Part shown: positions 57,124 to 64,000 of the stretch, piece after piece | Position numbering within the stretch: position 1 is the stretch's first letter | How the letters are laid out: the number at the start of each line of letters is the position of its first letter | Source: Dehalococcoidia bacterium | GTDB taxonomy: Bacteria; Chloroflexota; Dehalococcoidia; Lucifugimonadales; UBA3495 | Length of the DNA stretch: 64,000 nt | Direction: 5' to 3' | Assembly: GCA_012959605.1 (NCBI GenBank) | Contig: DUCU01000032.1 | Location: forward strand, 51,883 to 115,882 | The notes under the pieces: model-generated | What the model saw: only the letters and a program-made list of their open reading frames with translations | Told to the model about the DNA's origin: nothing | The model's database searches: none | Position numbers and translations under genes: made by a program

Positions 57124-57888
57124 CTAAGTAGCCGAGGCCATGGCCCCGCCATCAATGGTATAGGTGCTGCCGCTTACATAAGAAGCTTCGTCAGACGCCA
57201 ACCACAAGACTAAGTTGGCCATCTCATCGGCGCTCCCAACGCGACCCATCGGATGACCTTGGTTCCGGTCGTTAAAAACCTCCGCGCTGGCCGTGCTGCC
57301 CCGCATCTGAGGTGTGTCCACGCCACCGGGGGCGATGCAGTTGACCCGCACGCCCTGGGATGTGTACTGGGCCGCCGCAACGGTGGTCAGGTGAATCACT
57401 CCGGCCTTGCTCACGGCGTAAGGCACCGAATAGCCAACCCCGCGCAATCCGGACAGCGATGAGATGTTCACTATCGAACCGCCGCCGTTGTTGATCATGG
57501 CCGGGATGGCGTACTTACAACAGAGAAACACACCTTTAACGTTGGTCTCCATGGTCAAGTCCCAAAGCACTTCATCCACGTCCACCAAAGGCGGCGTCCG
57601 TATCAAGATGGCGGCCCCGTTAATCAGGATGTCTAACCGGCCAAAGTGGGTGACCACGGATTCGACCATGCGCTCAACTTGAAACGCGTCGGAGATGCTG
57701 ACATCGACCATCATGCCGTTGCCTGGCGTGGCGTTCATCAACGTTAGAGTCTCTTCGGCCCCGGCGATGTTCCGGTCGGCAACCGCAACCTTGGCGCCCT
57801 CGCGGGCAAAACGCTGGCAGATGGCCCGGCCGATGCCCGATGCGCCACCTGTGACGATCGCAACTTTATCTTCTAGCCTACCAGTCAA
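57124..57888 (-). CDS. SDR oxidoreductase
   Basis: TGGASGIG, YAVSK and RVNCIAPG. Confidence 0.92.
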   Translation of the reverse strand: MTGRLEDKVAIVTGGASGIGRAICQRFAREGAKVAVADRNIAGAEETLTLMNATPGNGMMVDVSISDAFQVERMVESVVTHFGRLDILINGAAILIRTPPLVDVDEVLWDLTMETNVKGVFLCCKYAIPAMINNGGGSIVNISSLSGLRGVGYSVPYAVSKAGVIHLTTVAAAQYTSQGVRVNCIAPGGVDTPQMRGSTASAEVFNDRNQGHPMGRVGSADEMANLVLWLASDEASYVSGSTYTIDGGAMASAT

Positions 57889-57988
57889 TTTCAGTCTCCC
57901 TAAAGACGGTCATTAAGACCACTATTAAAACGGCTAACGGTCCGTGGCTGGTTGGCACAGATTGTAGCACACGCTCATGCCGCTGCCC

Positions 57989-58017
57989 TTGCCTCAAAAC
58001 CAGGCAGCAGGTATGAT
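57989..58017 (+). promoter_or_regulatory. Sigma70-type promoter candidate for the gcv operon
   Basis: TTGCCT-17 nt-TATGAT. Confidence 0.55.
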
Positions 58018-58080
58018 TCTTCCCGCGCCTGTCGCACGTGGGGTTTTCACGTGCGAAACATCTGCCAAAGTGACAATAAA

Positions 58081-59184
58081 TTGACTGAAGATAACCTTAA
58101 AACTGCCCTCCATCGCACCCATGTAACGCTGGGTGGCCGCATGGTGCCCTTTGGCGGTTGGGATATGCCTGTTCAATACCCAGCCGGCATCCTGGCTGAA
58201 GTGCATGCCGTGCGTAATGCCACCGGGATCTTCGACGTTTCCCACATGGGCCGCCTCTATCTATCTGGCCCCAAGGCCACAGAATTCCTGGACTGGGTGC
58301 TCACGGGCTCTGCGGCATCGCTGCGGGTGGGCCGAGCCCGTTACTGCATGATCTGCAACGAGAAGGGCGGCGTCATTGATGACACCATCTTCTACCGCCT
58401 GGCTGAGGACCGTTATCTGCTGATTCCCAACGCCGGCAACCGACCAGCAGTGGTTGCCTGGTTCCAGCGTTGGATCGGCGAAAAATTCTCCCCCGGCTGC
58501 ATTATGGAAGATGTAACAGACACGACAGGCCTAATCGCCTTCCAGGGCCCCGGCGCGGTGAATGCCATCGACAAGATAGCCGACACGCCTTTGTCTGAAA
58601 TGCGACCATTCTCTTGGGCCGAAGCCACCATCCAAGGCGCTCCCGTGCTGGTGGGTCGCACCGGCTACACCGGCGAGGACGGTTTCGAGATGCTCGTCCA
58701 GGGCGAGGACGTGGTCAAGGTCTGGCAGATACTTGCCGACTCTGGCGCAACGCCCTGCGGACTGGGTGCCCGAGACGTCTTACGCCTGGAAGCCGGCCTT
58801 CCGCTCCACGGCCATGAAATTGATGAAGTGACCACACCCATAGAAGCCGGCCTAGACCGATTTGTCCGGTTCGATAAAGAATACGTGGGCTCTGATGTAT
58901 TGAAAGGCCAACAAGATAATGGTGTTGAACGAAAACTGGTCGGAATAACCCTCCCTGGCCGCAGCGCACCACGCGCCGGATACAACATCCTGCACGAGGG
59001 CGAAACCATTGGAACCGTGACCAGTGGAAGCTTCTCCCCAACCCTTGACACCAGCATCGGCATGGGCTACGTTTTGGAACGTTATGTCGAGCCCGGCGCC
59101 GCACTAGATTTAGATATCAGAGGCCGTACCGTCCAGGTGACAGTGACGGAACTCCCGTTCTACAAACGCCCCAGGAGGACCTAG
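58081..59184 (+). CDS. gcvT: Glycine cleavage aminomethyltransferase T
   Basis: FGGWDMPVQY, FDVSHMG, RTGYTGEDGFE and GLGARDVLRLEAG. Likely TTG start at 58081. Confidence 0.95.
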   Translation: MTEDNLKTALHRTHVTLGGRMVPFGGWDMPVQYPAGILAEVHAVRNATGIFDVSHMGRLYLSGPKATEFLDWVLTGSAASLRVGRARYCMICNEKGGVIDDTIFYRLAEDRYLLIPNAGNRPAVVAWFQRWIGEKFSPGCIMEDVTDTTGLIAFQGPGAVNAIDKIADTPLSEMRPFSWAEATIQGAPVLVGRTGYTGEDGFEMLVQGEDVVKVWQILADSGATPCGLGARDVLRLEAGLPLHGHEIDEVTTPIEAGLDRFVRFDKEYVGSDVLKGQQDNGVERKLVGITLPGRSAPRAGYNILHEGETIGTVTSGSFSPTLDTSIGMGYVLERYVEPGAALDLDIRGRTVQVTVTELPFYKRPRRT

Positions 59185-59189
59185 TCAAA

Positions 59190-59579
59190 ATGAGTCCTGA
59201 AGACCGCAAATTTACTCAAGAACACGAATGGGTGATGGTAGACCCTGCCGCTGCTGGCACTGCCATCGCGGGTATCACCGAGTACGCCCAGGATCAACTG
59301 GGAGACATTGTCTTCTTTGAACTACCCAAGGTTGGTGACGCCGTGGCCCATCTGGGCAAGATGGGAGAGGTTGAATCGGTAAAGGCCGTTTCAGACCTGT
59401 TCTCCCCGATCAACGGCACAGTTACTGAGATTAATGAAAAACTTTTGGACCATCCTGAGCTGGTTAACGAAGACCCCTTCGGCGAAGGTTGGCTCATCAA
59501 GGTTGCCATGACAGACGCTGCGGAGTTGGACGGTCTAATGTCGTCCCAAGACTACGACGCCTTCATCGCTGGATTATAA
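59190..59579 (+). CDS. gcvH: Glycine cleavage H protein
   Basis: EHEW, AQDQLGDIV and lipoyl-Lys VESVKAVS. Confidence 0.96.
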   Translation: MSPEDRKFTQEHEWVMVDPAAAGTAIAGITEYAQDQLGDIVFFELPKVGDAVAHLGKMGEVESVKAVSDLFSPINGTVTEINEKLLDHPELVNEDPFGEGWLIKVAMTDAAELDGLMSSQDYDAFIAGL

Positions 59580-60931
59580 TGACCGCTACTCGACCTAACA
59601 CTTCAGGAACCAACGAGGAGCACTTCCAGTCCCACTACATACCTAGCACTATGGACGAACAGGCTGCGATGCTCGCCGCCCTTGGCATCGATAGCATTGA
59701 CCAGCTCTTTACCGATATCCCAGACGAGTTCCGCAACCCTATTCTGAACCTGCCTGCTCCGCTTTCCGAACTGGAGATTCAGCAGGGACTGGGCCAGATG
59801 GCCGGTAAGAACCGTCCCTTGAGCAGCGGGCCTTCATTCCTAGGTGCGGGGTCGTACCACCACTTTATCCCCTCCATCGTTAAAGCGTTGATAACTCGCG
59901 GTGAGTTCCTCACCGCCTACACCCCCTACCAGGCAGAGGCCAGCCAGGGAACACTGCAGGTTATCTACGAGTTCCAGACCCTGATTTGCAACCTATATGG
60001 CATGGAAGTGGCCAACGCCGGCATGTATGACGGCGCCACCAGCCTGGCCGAGGCCACTCTAATGGCCTGCCGGGTGACCAAGCGAGAGAAAGTAGTCTTG
60101 GCCGATACCATCTCTCCGGCTTACATAGACGTAATTCGTACCTATTGTCAGTCTCAAGACATTGCGGTGGAGGTCGTTGACCCTTCCAACCCCGCGTTGG
60201 ACAACGAGACTGCCTGTCTGGTGCTCCAGTATCCCAATTATTACGGATACATAGAAGACCAGAAAAAGCTGGTGGATGCCGCCCACGCCCAAGGCGCATT
60301 GGCAGTGGTCTCCTGTGATCCCACAGCCATGGGCATGTTGCAGACCCCGGGCCACTACGGCGCGGACATCGTCACCGGCGACGGCCAGCCTTTGGGCATC
60401 CCCACCAGCTACGGTGGACCCTACGTTGGCCTTTTCGCTGCCAAACAAGAATTCATCCGTCAGATGCCCAGTCGGTTATCTGGTCGGACGTTGGACAAGA
60501 ACGGCAAGACTGGCTATGTGCTCACCCTGCAAACCAGGGAGCAGCACATCCGCCGGGAGCGCGCCACTTCCAACATCTGCACCAACGAGGCTCTCTACGC
60601 CCTGGCCGCCACCATTTACCTGGCCGCCTTGGGCAAACAGGGAATGCGTCAGGTGGCCGAGTTGTGCTACCACAAGGCGCATTACGCCGCCGCCCAGATT
60701 GGCCAACTGCCCGGTTATTCCCTGCCGATAAACGGCCCATTCTTCCAAGAATTTGTCGTTCAGTGCCCAGCGTCCCCTACCGAGATAAACAAAAAATTGA
60801 TGGATCGGAACATTCTAGGCGGTCTGGACGTAAGCGAAAAAGTACCCAACGGCATGCTTCTATGCGTTACCGAGATGAACTCCAAAGAGGACATCGACGC
60901 CTTAGTAGCAGCCCTGTCGGAGATCAAGTAA
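59579..60931 (+). CDS. gcvPA: Glycine dehydrogenase subunit 1
   Basis: FLGAG.Y, TAYTPYQ and REQHIRRERATSNICTN. The ATG overlaps the gcvH stop. Confidence 0.95.
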   Translation: MTATRPNTSGTNEEHFQSHYIPSTMDEQAAMLAALGIDSIDQLFTDIPDEFRNPILNLPAPLSELEIQQGLGQMAGKNRPLSSGPSFLGAGSYHHFIPSIVKALITRGEFLTAYTPYQAEASQGTLQVIYEFQTLICNLYGMEVANAGMYDGATSLAEATLMACRVTKREKVVLADTISPAYIDVIRTYCQSQDIAVEVVDPSNPALDNETACLVLQYPNYYGYIEDQKKLVDAAHAQGALAVVSCDPTAMGMLQTPGHYGADIVTGDGQPLGIPTSYGGPYVGLFAAKQEFIRQMPSRLSGRTLDKNGKTGYVLTLQTREQHIRRERATSNICTNEALYALAATIYLAALGKQGMRQVAELCYHKAHYAAAQIGQLPGYSLPINGPFFQEFVVQCPASPTEINKKLMDRNILGGLDVSEKVPNGMLLCVTEMNSKEDIDALVAALSEIK

Positions 60932-62397
60932 TGCAGCAAGGTGGAAACCGGCAGACTGAAAAACTGCTACTACAGCGCAGCGTGCCAGGCCGTGTCGGCG
61001 TGGTACTACCGGGACTAGACGTCCCAGCCCAGCCGATGCCGGCCAATTCTTTGCTGCGAAATGAATTGGCGTTACCTGAGTTGTCAGAACCAGAGGTGGT
61101 TCAGTACTTCACCGGACTGAGCCTGAAAAATTTCTCGATCGACACTCATTTCTACCCGTTGGGCAGTTGTACCATGAAGTACAACCCCAAGATTAATGAC
61201 GAAATTGCTTTCCAGGCCGGATTTGCTGGCATTCATCCCTTGCAGCCCGTCGAACAGTCCCAGGGCGCTTTGGAATTGCTGTACAAGCTGCAGGGTTTCT
61301 TGGGCGAAATCACAGGACTACCCGCCGTCAGCCTGGCCACACTGGCTGGAGCCCACGGGGAGCTTGGCGGCATGCTGATGATTCGGGCCCAACACCTGGC
61401 CAACGGCGAGACAGGTCGACTTAAAGTCGCAATCCCAGACAGCGCCCACGGCACCAACCCCGCGTCGGCCGCCATGGCCGGCTTCGAGGTTGTGGAACTA
61501 GCATCTGACAATGATGGCAACGTCGATCTGGGCGCCCTACGCAGCGTTGCTGGACCCGATCTGGCCGGTGTGATGATTACTCTGCCCAGCACTCTGGGTC
61601 TGTTTGATACTAATATCCTTGAGGTTTGCCGCATCGTCCACGAGGCTGGCGGGCTGGTCTACGGCGATGGCGCCAACATGAACGCGCTACTCGGCCGAGT
61701 TAAGCTGGGTGATCTTGGCTTTGATGTGTGCCACCTAAACCTGCACAAGACCTTCAGCACCCCCCACGGCGGTGGTGGACCCGGCGCCGGGCCGGTGTGT
61801 TGCACTGAACAGCTAGCCCCCTATTTGGCAGCGCCAATGGTTACTCAAAACGGCGACTCCTATGACCTATTCACACCAGAAAAAAGCATCGGGAAGCTAA
61901 GCGGTTTCCACGGGAACTTTGGTGTGCTGGTGCGGGCCTACACCTATATCAGGACACTGGGCGATGCCGGGATAAAGTCCATCAGCGGCAATGCGGTGTT
62001 GAGCGCTAACTACATGATGAATGCTCTGCGCGGCGTCTATCACCTGCCCTATGACCGCACCTGCATGCACGAGGCGGTGTTCTCAGCCGACTTCCAGAAG
62101 GAACGCGGTTCAAGCGGATTGGAGATTGCCAAGCGGTTGTTGGACTATGGCTTCCACGCACCGACGATGTACTTCCCTCTGATCGTCCACGAGGCGCTCA
62201 TGATTGAGCCAACCGAGTCGGAGACCAAGGAAACCATCGACGCGTTCATCCAGGCCCTGATCGACATCGACCGCGAGGTCACCGAAGACACAGAGTTGGT
62301 GAACAACGCCCCCCACACCACGCCGGTGGCCAGGCTGGACGAAGCCAAAGCCGCCCGCCAACCCGACCTACGCTGGCAACCAGAAGCCGCCGACTAG
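60931..62397 (+). CDS. gcvPB: Glycine dehydrogenase subunit 2
   Basis: PLGSCTMKYNP, SAHGTNPASA and NLHKTFSTPHGGGGPG. Confidence 0.96.
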   Translation: MQQGGNRQTEKLLLQRSVPGRVGVVLPGLDVPAQPMPANSLLRNELALPELSEPEVVQYFTGLSLKNFSIDTHFYPLGSCTMKYNPKINDEIAFQAGFAGIHPLQPVEQSQGALELLYKLQGFLGEITGLPAVSLATLAGAHGELGGMLMIRAQHLANGETGRLKVAIPDSAHGTNPASAAMAGFEVVELASDNDGNVDLGALRSVAGPDLAGVMITLPSTLGLFDTNILEVCRIVHEAGGLVYGDGANMNALLGRVKLGDLGFDVCHLNLHKTFSTPHGGGGPGAGPVCCTEQLAPYLAAPMVTQNGDSYDLFTPEKSIGKLSGFHGNFGVLVRAYTYIRTLGDAGIKSISGNAVLSANYMMNALRGVYHLPYDRTCMHEAVFSADFQKERGSSGLEIAKRLLDYGFHAPTMYFPLIVHEALMIEPTESETKETIDAFIQALIDIDREVTEDTELVNNAPHTTPVARLDEAKAARQPDLRWQPEAAD

Positions 62398-62411
62398 GTT
62401 TTCTGACTGAG

Positions 62412-62464
62412 AGGAACGAGCGGCAACGACTTCTCATTCCGCTCATCCTGAGCCTGTCGAAGGA
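62412..62464. repeat. REP-like element (CCTGAGCCTGTCGAAGG type) with an eroded partner
   Basis: CCGCTCATCCTGAGCCTGTCGAAGGA (62439-62464) with partial complement AGGAACGAGCGG (62412-62423). Confidence 0.55.
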
Positions 62465-62474
62465 CCTGTTCTCC

Positions 62475-63410
62475 TTAACCGTTCTTCTCGGCGTCCAGAA
62501 TCGCCTTGATGGCAGCTTCGTCAGCCCGAACCTCTACTCCGGCCCGCTCTTCCTGTAGCAGCATTGCCACCCTGGAATCACGGTCGCCCCAGCCCCGGTT
62601 GATAGCCTCGGTCATCTCCGCCAAAGCCAGGTTGGCCAGGCGCATGGGAACGTCATATTCCCGACCCACGGAAACAGCAAGATCCACGTCTTTACGGGCC
62701 AGGTTCAGCGCGAAGTCCGGCGGGTCGAACTTCCCGGGCAGCAGATGCTCCGCCAGACCTTCAAACGTTCCGCGTCGGCCCTGTGCTCCCTTCCGCACCG
62801 CCTGCCATAGAGCCAGAGGCTCCACACCGGCTTTGACGCCCATTGTGAATACCTCCGCCAGGGCTGCCTGCACTACGTATCCCGCGCAGTTGTGCACCAA
62901 CTTGGCCACCGCACCGCTGCCGATTGGGCCAACGTAATAGGCCTGGTCACCGATCGCATCCAAAACGGGTTTGCAGCGGTCGAAAACATCCTTGTCGCCA
63001 CCAACCCAGATGGCTAGCCGACCACTCTCTGCGCCTCTGGGGCCGCCGCTTACAGGGGCGTCCAGAACTTCTATGCCGCGCGCCGCTGCTTCCGCGTGTA
63101 TCTTGCGAATCATGCCGGGGGTGCTGGTACTCAGGTCAAAATAGACTTTGCCTGCGCTCATCCCTTCCATGATGCCCGACTCGCCCAAAGCCACTGCTTC
63201 CACCTGCGTGGGGCCAGGCAGCGATGTGAAAACAATCTCCGATTGCTCAGCCACTGCTTTCGGGTTATCGGCCCACGTAGCGCCGGCTTCCAGATGACGC
63301 GCGGCCGCAGCCTGGTTGATGTCATGTACAACCAGCTCATTACCGCCGTTCAGGGCGTTGTAGGCCATGTGCCCGCCCATGGTGCCAAGTCCAATAAACC
63401 CTACCTTCAT
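62475..63410 (-). CDS. NAD(P)-dependent beta-hydroxyacid dehydrogenase (3-hydroxyisobutyrate dehydrogenase family)
   Basis: GFIGLGTMG, DAPVSGG, KLVHN and KD. Confidence 0.92.
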   Translation of the reverse strand: MKVGFIGLGTMGGHMAYNALNGGNELVVHDINQAAAARHLEAGATWADNPKAVAEQSEIVFTSLPGPTQVEAVALGESGIMEGMSAGKVYFDLSTSTPGMIRKIHAEAAARGIEVLDAPVSGGPRGAESGRLAIWVGGDKDVFDRCKPVLDAIGDQAYYVGPIGSGAVAKLVHNCAGYVVQAALAEVFTMGVKAGVEPLALWQAVRKGAQGRRGTFEGLAEHLLPGKFDPPDFALNLARKDVDLAVSVGREYDVPMRLANLALAEMTEAINRGWGDRDSRVAMLLQEERAGVEVRADEAAIKAILDAEKNG

Positions 63411-63566
63411 TCTTCCTCCGCAGCGGGAACCCCGCGCAATTTATTCACTTTTAATCGTGGATAACATAGCATGGTCAGCTGCACATGCACCACCGAAGCC
63501 ATAACACTTGAGGTGCGCTAGAATGTAGTCACAAATAATCAGGCTAAAACTGGAGCGTAACCGAGC

Positions 63567-64000
63567 ATGGTGGAACATCAGGAAAAACTGTGGACATTTG
63601 ATGCGGTGGAAGCGGGGCAGATTGGTAACGAAACTACCGTAGAAATTACTGCGGAAAATATCGCTGGGTACGCCCGAATTGCGTTGAACTCTGACCCCTT
63701 TTACCAGTCGGGCGGCAGCGACCTGGTTGCCATGCCGACCATGGTGATGTCTTACGCACCGCTGCTCCGAGAAGAGATTGCAGACGCCAACGGGTTTGTC
63801 GCCTTTGAAGTTTCCGAGACAGCCCGCAGTCAAACTCCGTTCGCCAAATGCGAAGCTCGTTGGTTCTTGCCGGTGATGCCTGGGGATGTCATCACCGGAC
63901 GCCGAAAGGTGCTGGAGAAGTACGAGCGTCGGGGCAGCAAGTTTGTCACCTTCCGGGTGGAGGCCATCAACCAGCGGGGCGAGAAGGCCGCTGAGTACGA
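63567..64000 (+). CDS. MaoC/hot-dog fold dehydratase family protein (partial, runs off the window)
   Basis: GGAG RBS, then an open frame MVEHQEKLWTFD...PVMPGDVI...EKYERRGSKFV...NQRGE. Not in the supplied ORF track. Confidence 0.75.
   Translation, partial: MVEHQEKLWTFDAVEAGQIGNETTVEITAENIAGYARIALNSDPFYQSGGSDLVAMPTMVMSYAPLLREEIADANGFVAFEVSETARSQTPFAKCEARWFLPVMPGDVITGRRKVLEKYERRGSKFVTFRVEAINQRGEKAAEY

Noticed and set aside
57890-58080. Glycine riboswitch
   Set aside because: No GGAGA / CCGAAG / CTCTCAGG aptamer signatures.
1-64000. Many overlapping antisense or alternate-frame ORFs in the track (e.g. 30001-30633, 13743-14390, 63441-63833); also tRNA, rRNA, IS and prophage genes
   Set aside because: The ORFs are shadows of well-supported genes. 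I recognised no tRNA cloverleaf, rRNA, transposase, integrase or phage motif.

Overview
A 64 kb, gene-dense chromosomal stretch. By inference it comes from an aerobic Chloroflexota/Dehalococcoidia organism, probably SAR202-like: it holds 4 LLM flavin monooxygenases, 4 SDRs, MaoC dehydratases, an acVLRF1 gene and an auracyanin-like domain. Housekeeping genes include mutS2, rplY, lysS, serS, surE, lysA, holB, cmk, plsC, a dGTPase and gcvT-H-PA-PB. Respiratory genes include ctaA/ctaB, an A1-type caa3 oxidase and a form II coxSLM-type molybdoenzyme. I saw no rRNA, tRNA, CRISPR array or transposase. The main highlights are: (1) a Vms1/ANKZF1-like release factor (acVLRF1) tightly coupled to mutS2, a candidate bacterial ribosome-quality-control module; (2) a three-subunit scnB-scnA-scnC-type thiocyanate hydrolase-like enzyme carrying the SCNase-diagnostic arginines; (3) oxidase subunit IV fused to a blue-copper domain; (4) a ~180 nt structured RNA candidate ahead of an HNH nuclease; (5) a 43 bp tandem repeat in the rplY leader, three REP-like families and several gene remnants. 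All product calls come from motif recognition by eye, and no database search was run.
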